This document shows, piece after piece, positions 41,015 to 49,399 of a stretch of DNA of 64,000 bases. Position 1 is the first letter of the stretch, and each line of letters starts with the position of its first letter. The stretch covers positions 821-64,820 of the forward strand of contig DIRN01000059.1 of the NCBI GenBank assembly GCA_002426645.1, given 5' to 3'. This DNA is from Firmicutes bacterium UBA5435. Its GTDB lineage: Bacteria > Bacillota > UBA5435. The notes beneath the pieces are model-generated. The model worked only from the letters and a program-made list of their open reading frames with translations. It did no database searches and was not told the origin of the DNA. The position numbers were made by a program, and so were the translations under genes.

Positions 41015-42100
41015 TTAGTGATATCTATGTATAATTTTACTTTCTTCTGATTGAGGAACTTGGTAATTTGGAGACCATGTGTCTACACGGTTTACACGAT
41101 TCTCTTCTATGGAGTCAAGAATATCAAAGACTAACTCTACATCACCAAATTCAATTTCAGGGGTCACGGAGATAGATTCTTTTCCTATTAATGCGTTATA
41201 GAAGTTGAGGAATTCATTATAGTAGCCTCGTTTTGGAGTATAGGGTATTTGTTCTGATCTCCCGTTATTATAGACGATGTTTATGATTCCACAGGTCCTC
41301 TCTTCTAGGTATATCATTCCCTTCTGTCCAAAGATTCTAAAACCCAGAAGAGGTTTTTGCCCTTCTTTACCATTTGGGAAGTAAGAGTAGTGGCCTATAA
41401 CATTGTTTTTAAATCGCAGGTTAGCGCTGATATACATATAAGGACTAAAATCATCTTTCTGCTCTTTTCCAAAAGCAAATACCTTATCCACTCCTCCGAA
41501 TATATGATGTAGCGCGGCTAGATTATGAAGAGCTGAATCAAGAAAATTTCCGCCTCTGAAGTCTGGATGCTGTCGCCATTCTTTACTGTAGAAAGTGTCC
41601 TTTGTCATTTCACAAGGGAAACAGCTAATATCGTTCATAATAAAGTATACTATATCTCCTATTCTACCTTCCTCGATAAGCTCTCGTATCTTATTGTTCT
41701 CCTCATTATATCTGTAATTCTCTGCTATCATCACAGCGACGCCATATTCCTTTGGTAGCTCTATGTATCTTATAGCATCTCCTATGTTGCTTGCTAAAGG
41801 CTTTTCACAGATTATATTTTTGCCTGCTTTAGCCACATCTACAGATATATTATAATTTTGGGAAATAGGGACTGCTATGTCCACTACATCTAGGTCGTCT
41901 CGCTTTAACATTTCAATATGGTTAGTGTAGATAGAATCATTATCTAGTCCTAAGCTTCGTCCAGCTTTTTCTGCTTTTTGTCGTTTTTTATCACATACTG
42001 CTACCACTTGATATTTATCATTTAACACTTCAATAGCAGGATAATGTAGGCGTTCCCACGCCATTCCAGTGCCGATTACACCCATTTTGATCTTTTGCAT
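41015..42100 (-). CDS. Gfo/Idh/MocA-family NAD(P)-dependent oxidoreductase
   Basis: MGVIGTGMAWERLHYPAI Rossmann N-terminus and EKPLA motif. Confidence 0.85.
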   Translation of the reverse strand: MQKIKMGVIGTGMAWERLHYPAIEVLNDKYQVVAVCDKKRQKAEKAGRSLGLDNDSIYTNHIEMLKRDDLDVVDIAVPISQNYNISVDVAKAGKNIICEKPLASNIGDAIRYIELPKEYGVAVMIAENYRYNEENNKIRELIEEGRIGDIVYFIMNDISCFPCEMTKDTFYSKEWRQHPDFRGGNFLDSALHNLAALHHIFGGVDKVFAFGKEQKDDFSPYMYISANLRFKNNVIGHYSYFPNGKEGQKPLLGFRIFGQKGMIYLEERTCGIINIVYNNGRSEQIPYTPKRGYYNEFLNFYNALIGKESISVTPEIEFGDVELVFDILDSIEENRVNRVDTWSPNYQVPQSEESKIIHRYH

Positions 42101-42282
42101 TCAAAGATTCTCCTTTCGCGTTTAAGTAGTTACGTAACTCACTCATTTAGTATTCCCAGATTAATATGGATGATTTGTTACACAATCCTCTATGAATAAG
42201 AAATGAATGTGTGCATTTCCTATATTTTTTTAGTTCATATAATCGTAAATGGGAAAGCTAAATTAAAAGGAGGTAAAATAAA

Positions 42283-43266
42283 ATGGTCTTTACTATGTTT
42301 AGTGGTAAAGTTGAAGAACGTCAGCAGATGATTGATGTTCGCGAGGCTTTTAATCTTTGGGATGTGTTAAAGTCTGAATATGATTTAAAGGAATATTGTG
42401 GTGTGTGCTATCGTTTTGCACATGACAGGGATTTTAAGATTCTTATCAGTTTATTCTTAGATGAACTTCAAGAAAATAAGATAACATTAGAGAAAATGAT
42501 GGAGCTCCATGGTGTGGCAGGACCAGAGCAAGGAAGGCTTCCATCAAATTGGTATGGTAACTCAGAGGCCTTACGCGATGAAGGTATTTCAACTCAAATT
42601 ATGTTCTATATACAAGAACATATTGAGAATCTGTTGAGATGTGTGAGAACATCAATGACCAATGAAAAGATTAGAAATACCTTTGTAGCAATGTTGCAAC
42701 GGACTGTAGATATATCTGACTCGGTATATAAATATTTAAAGCTTAAGGGATGGATAGATACTCCTCCAATCTATTTAAATACCCCTGCAGAGGTAAATGA
42801 AGTAATCTCTTGTAGTACCGCTGCTCATTTATGGGATCATCTAACTTTTAGATATGATAATATCCATCAAACTAAATTACTCCTTTCCTATGTAAATGAT
42901 ATTATGCTCAGGAAGATAATTGAGAGAGGGTTAAATAAGATAGTTCATCAAGCGGATACATTAGAGGTAGAGTGTAAGCGATTTGGCATTACCATGCCAA
43001 AAAGGCCATCAGAGGTAATAATAAACTTTCAAACTACTAATGCCTTTCTAATCTCAGATGATCATATATATAGAACTATACTCTGTGGACTTCAAGGTGC
43101 TAGTATATTACATGCAGATGCTCTTAAGGAATGTACAGTAAATGACAGAATAAGGGGTATCTTTAAAAAGTTTTTGTTAGAAGAGGTAGGTTTCTATAAT
43201 AACTTCGTAAAGTTGGGCAAGGCAAAAGGGTGGCTAAACCCTGTGCCTCTTTACCGAGTAAGTTGA
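42283..43266 (+). CDS. Hypothetical protein (possibly DUF3231-like)
   Basis: 327-aa ORF with an AAGGAGG RBS. No recognisable catalytic motif. Confidence 0.5.
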   Translation: MVFTMFSGKVEERQQMIDVREAFNLWDVLKSEYDLKEYCGVCYRFAHDRDFKILISLFLDELQENKITLEKMMELHGVAGPEQGRLPSNWYGNSEALRDEGISTQIMFYIQEHIENLLRCVRTSMTNEKIRNTFVAMLQRTVDISDSVYKYLKLKGWIDTPPIYLNTPAEVNEVISCSTAAHLWDHLTFRYDNIHQTKLLLSYVNDIMLRKIIERGLNKIVHQADTLEVECKRFGITMPKRPSEVIINFQTTNAFLISDDHIYRTILCGLQGASILHADALKECTVNDRIRGIFKKFLLEEVGFYNNFVKLGKAKGWLNPVPLYRVS

Positions 43267-43396
43267 TGATACATAGAGAACATCCCGATCTTCCCATGGT
43301 ATGCAGGAATACTTAACTTTATGGCGAAATATAGGTGGGATAGACCTTTAGACCTCATTGGTTCTAGTATGGAAGAGCATAAAGGGGGAAGTTTAA

Positions 43397-44161
43397 ATGA
43401 AGTTAGGTCTTGTGACATATAATATGGCAAAAGATTGGGATATTCCTACCATAATTAGTGTATGTAAGTCTACTGGTTTTAAAGGCGTGGAGCTGCGGAC
43501 AACTCATAAGCATGGAGTAGAGACGTTTCTTAGTTCCATTGAGAGAAAAAGTGTAAAATCTACGTTTGAAGAATCCGGTATAGAACTAATAGGCCTTGGT
43601 ACAGTCTTTGAATTTCATTCTATTCACCAAGAAGTAGTGAGAGAGAACATAGAGGGGACTAAGGAATATGTAAAACTTGCCCATGATGTTGGGGCACAAG
43701 GTGTAAAAGTTAGACCAAATGGACACCAGGAGGAAATGGGTGTGCCAAGGGAAAAGACGCTTGAACAGATAGGCATAGCCCTACGTGAATGTGGGACTTT
43801 TGCTCGTGATTATGGAGTGGAGATAAGATTGGAGATGCACGGAAGTGTTGCTGAAGCATGGAATATTCGTAGGATAATGGAATATGCTGGTGAAGGTAAT
43901 GCGTTTGTGTGTTGGAATTCCAACCCGTGCGATGTAAAGGACCGTTCATTAGCAGAGGATTTTAATATGGTAAAGGATTGGATACATCTCGTACACATAA
44001 ATGAGTTATATAACCCTAAATATCCGTATGTTGAACTCTTCCAGTTGCTTAAGACCATTGATTATAAAGGGCTTTGTTGTGCTGAAATACCATATAATCC
44101 TGAACCAGAGAGGTTTCTAAAGTATTATAAAGCTCTCTATGATGCACTTGTCGCACTTTGA
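43397..44161 (+). CDS. Sugar phosphate isomerase/epimerase (xylose-isomerase-like TIM barrel)
   Basis: MKLGLVTYNMAKDW...GFKGVELR...EMHG pattern typical of the AP endonuclease 2 / TIM-barrel family. Confidence 0.65.
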   Translation: MKLGLVTYNMAKDWDIPTIISVCKSTGFKGVELRTTHKHGVETFLSSIERKSVKSTFEESGIELIGLGTVFEFHSIHQEVVRENIEGTKEYVKLAHDVGAQGVKVRPNGHQEEMGVPREKTLEQIGIALRECGTFARDYGVEIRLEMHGSVAEAWNIRRIMEYAGEGNAFVCWNSNPCDVKDRSLAEDFNMVKDWIHLVHINELYNPKYPYVELFQLLKTIDYKGLCCAEIPYNPEPERFLKYYKALYDALVAL

Positions 44162-44187
44162 AGATGTTTGCTTAAAGGAGAAAATAT

Positions 44188-45324
44188 ATGTCAAGGATAG
44201 AGTTAATCGCTACAGCAACCTTTGGATTAGAGGCTGTTGTTAAACGTGAAATTATAGGGTTAGGTTATGAAATAATCGAGGTTGGACAGGGAAAGGTCAC
44301 GTTCTTAGGAGATGAAGAGGCTATTTGTCGCAGTAACTTATGGTTAAGATCTGCTGAGCGTGTTCTAGTAAAGGTGGGGGAGTTTGAGGCTTTATCTTTT
44401 GAGGAATTATTTGAAGGTACAAAGGCTTTAGATTGGGCCAGATGGTTGCCTAAGGATGCAAACTTTCCAGTTGAGGGAAAGTCTATTCGTTCAAAGCTAT
44501 TTAGCGTTTCTGATTGCCAAGCCATTGTAAAGAAGGCGGTAGTGGAGAAGTTGAAAGAAAAGTTTAAAATCAACTGGTTTGAGGAAACGGGTCCTAGGTA
44601 TAGGATTGAGGTAGCTTTGTTGAAGGATATTGCCACTCTAACTATTGATACATCCGGTACAGGTTTACATAAGAGAGGCTATAGAAAATTATCCACACCG
44701 GCGCCACTAAAGGAGACCCTAGCTGCAGGACTAATCTCTTTAAGCTACTGGAATCCAGATAGGATCCTACATGATCCACTTTGTGGTTCTGGCACAATTC
44801 CTATTGAAACGGCTCTTATGGGATTGAATATGGCTCCAGGTCTTAGGAGAGAATTTGATTTTCAAAAGTGGCCTATAATACCTAAGGGTTTATGGAATAG
44901 GGTATATACAGAAGCACTGGATTCAATACGTAAAGATCAGAAATTACAGATATTTGGGACGGATATAGATTCTAAAGCAATTAGCATAGCCAGGTATCAT
45001 CAGAAAGAAGCAGGAGTGGAAGGGCATATTCACTTTCAACAGATGCCCCTCTCAAAGTTAAGTTCTAAGCGTAAGTATGGTTGTATAATCTGTAATCCTC
45101 CCTATGGGGAACGTTTAGGTGATGAAATAGATGAAATAAAAGAGTTATATAGAGAAATGGGACGAGTCTTTTTGCCGTTGGAAACATGGTCGTTTTATAT
45201 ATTAACGTCTTTGCGCGACTTTGAACGTTATTTTGGACGTAGGTGGGATAGAAGCAGAAAACTATATAACGGGAATATTAAGTGTCACTATTATCAGTTT
45301 TATGGACCAAGGCCTCCGTATTAA
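44188..45324 (+). CDS. THUMP-domain class I SAM-dependent RNA methyltransferase (RlmL/COG0116-like)
   Basis: N-terminal THUMP-like region. DPLCGSGTIPIE SAM motif I. CNPPYGERLG (NPPY) motif IV. Confidence 0.8.
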   Translation: MSRIELIATATFGLEAVVKREIIGLGYEIIEVGQGKVTFLGDEEAICRSNLWLRSAERVLVKVGEFEALSFEELFEGTKALDWARWLPKDANFPVEGKSIRSKLFSVSDCQAIVKKAVVEKLKEKFKINWFEETGPRYRIEVALLKDIATLTIDTSGTGLHKRGYRKLSTPAPLKETLAAGLISLSYWNPDRILHDPLCGSGTIPIETALMGLNMAPGLRREFDFQKWPIIPKGLWNRVYTEALDSIRKDQKLQIFGTDIDSKAISIARYHQKEAGVEGHIHFQQMPLSKLSSKRKYGCIICNPPYGERLGDEIDEIKELYREMGRVFLPLETWSFYILTSLRDFERYFGRRWDRSRKLYNGNIKCHYYQFYGPRPPY

Positions 45325-45373
45325 TGGCAGGAAGGGGGAAGCTCTTGTATGTACAGCTTCCTCCTTGAAAAGA

Positions 45374-45901
45374 TTATGAATTTTCTGCTTCGTGTATACG
45401 AGTTAAGGCGATATCAAGTGCTTCCTTAGCACTATGTGCAAAATCAAGTACAGCGTTTTTTCTATGGTCTAAGTAGATACCCTCGTAAGCTGCAGTTTTA
45501 ATCCTCCCCGCCCATCCCCCTGAAGGTTCGATAATAACTACAGGTTTGTGATTTAAATATGCAGCGGATAACTCACCAAGGGTTCCGTTTCCTCCACCTA
45601 TCATTATTATAGCATCGGATGAGTGCACAAGTATGAGACTTCGATAATCAAAGCTTAATCCGGTTGTTATAGGAATATCAATATAAGTATTTGCTATTTT
45701 TCGATCATCACCTGGCAAAATTCCTACTACAAGGCCATGTGATGATTTTGCACCTCTTGATACTGCTTCCATGACTCCAGTTGTCCCACCTGTTAATAGA
45801 AGAGCGCCTATAGAAGCGATTTCTCTGCCTACCTCCTCTGAGAGCTCTTGGACCTCCGGGGGTATGACTCCAGATTGGCCGATGACTCCGATACGTATCA
45901 A
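45374..45901 (-). CDS. TIGR00725/LOG-like Rossmann-fold protein
   Basis: MIRIGVIGQSG...LLTGGTTGVMEAVSRGA...IMIGGGNGTLGELSAA matches the SLOG/LOG family pattern. Confidence 0.6.
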   Translation of the reverse strand: MIRIGVIGQSGVIPPEVQELSEEVGREIASIGALLLTGGTTGVMEAVSRGAKSSHGLVVGILPGDDRKIANTYIDIPITTGLSFDYRSLILVHSSDAIIMIGGGNGTLGELSAAYLNHKPVVIIEPSGGWAGRIKTAAYEGIYLDHRKNAVLDFAHSAKEALDIALTRIHEAENS

Positions 45902-46633
45902 ATTTCTCCCTCCAACAAAAGACTTTTGTACCCTTTTATATAATTGTACATCTTAATTATCATTTTTACAAGGTTAATTTACTTTTGTCGAATTTATAAA
46001 TTATAGGTTTTAGGCCAACTCTACTAAAAGAGGCTTTCTAAAAATTAGGCCAGATAGAATTGGGATGGTCGTAATAAAAGTTGTTGATAAAATAGTATTG
46101 TTCCCTTGTATTATATATCTAACTTTTAGATGGAAAAACACCTGCGAGTTCGGTCTTTTCAACGGTCACGCAGGTGTTTTTGTTTCATGCTTGCCAGCCC
46201 GATGAATCTCTAAGATTCATCGCCTACTCTCTATAATAATGGTGTAGATAGTAATTACTATACACTAAAATATATGAAATGTCTATACTTTTTCGAAGAA
46301 TTAATGTTTAGATAATTTTCTTCTGTCGACTATAAAATTTACGATAGACGTAGAATAAAATTTATAGTCTAATTTGTTAGAATATAAGCAGGAAAAGAGC
46401 GATGAATTCTCGAATATTACTATTGAGTAGCTAATGATGTAGAGAAAGTTCTGCTACTTGTGCCTAAAAAACTAAGATCTGTTCTGACTAGAGATTAATA
46501 CGATTAATTTTATCTGCTTTATAAAGCTTCAGTTGCGTATTACATTCATACCACTATAAAGATAAGGGAGAACTGAATCTCCTTACTAAAACATAGCAAA
46601 GGGGGAAGAAGGCGCGTTTTCCCCGCCCTATAG

Positions 46634-47809
46634 ATGACGGGGTCTCAGCGTCCAAAACTTATGAAGTATAGATCTTTTGGGAAGACTGGATTTAAAGTGT
46701 CAAAGTTGGGTTTCGGCGCGATGAGGTTGCCAATCCGTTGGGATGGTTCGTGTGATTATAATAAGTCCGTACCTATAATAAAGCTTGGTATTGATCGAGG
46801 TATCAATTATATTGATACGGCACACGGGTATATAAGAGGTACATCTGAAGTCGCTGTTGGAAAAGCGATAAAAGGATATGATAGGTCTAAACTCTTCATT
46901 TCTACAAAAATTGTCCAATCTAGCTCGGATAATGTGACCAGATTCAGGAGACGTCTAGAGGAATCTTTGAAAAGGTTGGATACCTACATTGATGTTCTTC
47001 ATGTTCATGGATTAACCTGGGATGATTTTAATGATTATGTTAAAGGACCTAATGGAACCCTTGAACAAGTTCGAAAGGCCCAAGATGAAGGATTAGTAAA
47101 GCATCTAGCCTTTTCTAGCCATGACTCAGCAGAGAGTATTGAGAAGCTTATTGATACAGGTGAGTTTGAGTCACTTACTCTTCAGTATAATCTATTAGAT
47201 CGTCATAATGAAGAAGTCATAGCGTTAGCTCGTGAAAGAGGGATGGGAGTAGCCATCATGGGGCCGTTAGCCGGAGGCAATCTAGGTTCTATAAGGGTTC
47301 CTGGTCTTTCGGAGAGCAAAAAGATGAGCAATATACGGTTGGGACTGCGTTTTGTAATGCTTAATCCCAATGTTGACGTTACTCTTTCTGGAATGAATGC
47401 TATCGGACAGGTAGAGGAGAACTGTGCTATAGTAAGTGAGGATGACTCTTTTACTGAAGAGGAGAATAAGGAAATTGAGCGAATGGTAAATGAAAACAAG
47501 AAACTCGCTGATACTTACTGCACGGGGTGCGGGTATTGCATGCCATGTCCAAATGGAGTTAATATACCAGAGAACTTCCGATATTACATCTGGTATAAAG
47601 TATGGGGAGCGGAGAAACAGGCAAAAGATGCATATCGTAAGTTGACGCCTGCAGGAAGAGATGCTCCGTGGGGCGCTAGAGGTCAGTGGGGTAGGGTATA
47701 TGGTAAAGCTGCTTACTTATGCGTTGAGTGTGGCGCGTGTGAACCAAAATGCCCGCAGAAGATCCCTATAATAAAACAATTAAAAGAAGTTGCTAAAACC
47801 CTCGCTTAA
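46634..47809 (+). CDS. Aldo/keto reductase fused to a C-terminal 2x[4Fe-4S] ferredoxin-like domain
   Basis: N-terminal AKR fold (GFGAMRLP...INYIDTAHGY). C-terminal CTGCGYCMPCP and CVECGACEPKCP cysteine clusters. The start may instead be the ATG at 46664. Confidence 0.85.
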   Translation: MTGSQRPKLMKYRSFGKTGFKVSKLGFGAMRLPIRWDGSCDYNKSVPIIKLGIDRGINYIDTAHGYIRGTSEVAVGKAIKGYDRSKLFISTKIVQSSSDNVTRFRRRLEESLKRLDTYIDVLHVHGLTWDDFNDYVKGPNGTLEQVRKAQDEGLVKHLAFSSHDSAESIEKLIDTGEFESLTLQYNLLDRHNEEVIALARERGMGVAIMGPLAGGNLGSIRVPGLSESKKMSNIRLGLRFVMLNPNVDVTLSGMNAIGQVEENCAIVSEDDSFTEEENKEIERMVNENKKLADTYCTGCGYCMPCPNGVNIPENFRYYIWYKVWGAEKQAKDAYRKLTPAGRDAPWGARGQWGRVYGKAAYLCVECGACEPKCPQKIPIIKQLKEVAKTLA

Positions 47810-47828
47810 AGTTTAGATACTAAATAAA

Positions 47829-47871
47829 GATCCCTACTTTGAAAGGAGATTGGTAGGGGTCTTTATTTTTT
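47829..47871 (+). terminator. Rho-independent terminator after the AKR gene
   Basis: gatcccta ... taggggtc forms an 8-bp stem with one G-U pair and a 17-nt loop, then TTTATTTTTT. Confidence 0.6.
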
Positions 47872-48330
47872 AATAGCCTTTAATAACTAAAGTTATAATT
47901 GAAATTATAATACTGCTAAATTTAAAGAGTTTAAATGCCTTCCTTACTCCAATTATATCTCCAAACCCTAAGATATTTCCTAATATATAATACAAGGGGT
48001 CCGCGGTGAGGAAGAGCATTGATCCTATGTATAAGATGAGAGGGTTAAAGCTCTTTCCTGTTGATGTTAAATATATAGCTATAAAAGTATATCCAACTAA
48101 TGTAGTTCCTAAAAAACCTGCTATAGCAATTAATCCCCATCTTAATTCTATATTTTCTTGGCTAACGTCAGGTTCACCTTCATAGTAAATCCTTGTTCCA
48201 CCTAATTTTCTGTATGTGAGCTATGCCATTTAACTTGTCCATTAATATATGAGCATATTCATGGACTATATGGTGTACAGTTGTTAAAATTAAGGCAACA
48301 ATTATTCTATATGTTACCAATATACGCCTC
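47869..48330 (-). pseudogene. Membrane zinc-metalloprotease-like gene remnant (HExxH), fragmented
   Basis: One minus frame reads ...TTVHHIVHEYAHILMDKLNGIAHIQKIRWNKDLL*. An adjacent frame continues ...GEPDVSQENIELRWGLIAIAGFLGTTLVGYTFIAIY...ILGNILGFGDIIGVRKAFKLF...VIKGY*, which is hydrophobic and has no usable start. Upstream frames are full of stops. Confidence 0.5.
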
Positions 48331-48426
48331 TCCTAAGGATGCTATAGCGATGGCCATTACTATAGCGAGACGTGAAGATGCAGAGAGCCTAGGTATAATT
48401 TTTAACGATTCAACGTCTATTTTGGC

Positions 48427-48850
48427 GTTTCAAACCCTCATAGGTAGAATACAAACTATACTGACAGTTGTACGTATACGTATAATGTAGTAGTTTCAAA
48501 CCCTCATAGGTAGAATACAAACTGGGTTGGTGTGTTGGGTACGTAATCCCAGTATGTTGTTTCAAACCCTCATAGGTAGAATACAAACGAGTTGTCTGAA
48601 GTTCTCAAAAACCGCTCTGTTGAGTTTCAAACCCTCATAGGTAGAATACAAACGCAAAACTTGAAGATGAACTAGAAACACTCGAAAAAGTTTCAAACCC
48701 TCATAGGTAGAATACAAACGATTTAATTGGTCATAGCGATTACGCCACTACCGCGTTTCAAACCCTCATAGGTAGAATACAAACGCCGAAGGCGGACTAC
48801 TTTGATGCGCTAGTGGAACGGTTTCAAACCCTCATAGGTAGAATACAAAC
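48427..48850 (-). CRISPR. CRISPR array with 7 identical 30-nt repeats (GTTTCAAACCCTCATAGGTAGAATACAAAC on the plus strand) and 6 spacers of 35-36 nt. The transcribed orientation is inferred to be the minus strand.
   Basis: Repeats lie at 48427, 48493, 48559, 48624, 48690, 48755 and 48821. The spacers are all different. The minus-strand repeat GTTTGTATTCTACCTATGAGGGTTTGAAAC ends in TTTGAAAC, like the ATTGAAAC handle of type I-B/III repeats. Confidence 0.95.
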
Positions 48851-49399
48851 CCCGTTTTAGCTGGGAAAATAAATTTGGTCAAAATGGAATTCTTTGAGTT
48901 TCTAAGTGACCAAAAAATAAAAGTCCTGTTAAATAGGCAAATGCATAAATTGAGATTGTCGTCGCACCCCCGGGTTTTTTGCAGTATTGGTGACCGACGA
49001 CAAAAATAAAGTGGTTCTTTTTTTAAGCCGAAACATTCCTTTAAATATATTATAACCAAAAGAGAAAAGATTTTCAAGTCTAAATGAGTAATATTTCTTT
49101 GTTTGAAAAAGACAGTTCCTGTTAGGTGCTGGTTTTGTAGAAACGCAATACATTTCCTTTATAAACTATTTTGCAGAAACCATATATAAAATGCATTAGC
49201 CTATTCCGATACTTGAAAGACTATCTGTACAAAATTAGTTTAGAAGAGAGTTTCTTTACGCATAATTATAACCTCGCGTTCAGGCTACATCCATATATAT
49301 CTCAATGTATAATCCTTATAGTTACGGATAAATACAGGAAATTTCCTATGAATGTAGAATGATCATTAGTAATGCAATTTTTGCGAGGAGGTAAAGGCT

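Noticed and set aside
48281-48490. ORF-track CDS overlapping the first CRISPR repeat and spacer
   Set aside because: It reads through repeat 1 and spacer 1 of the array, so it is an artefact of an open frame in the repeats.
48832-49362. Short ORFs 48832-49077(-), 48929-49153(-) and 49171-49362(+) in the AT-rich leader region
   Set aside because: They are AT-rich low-complexity translations with no RBS. The region is better explained as a leader or promoter.
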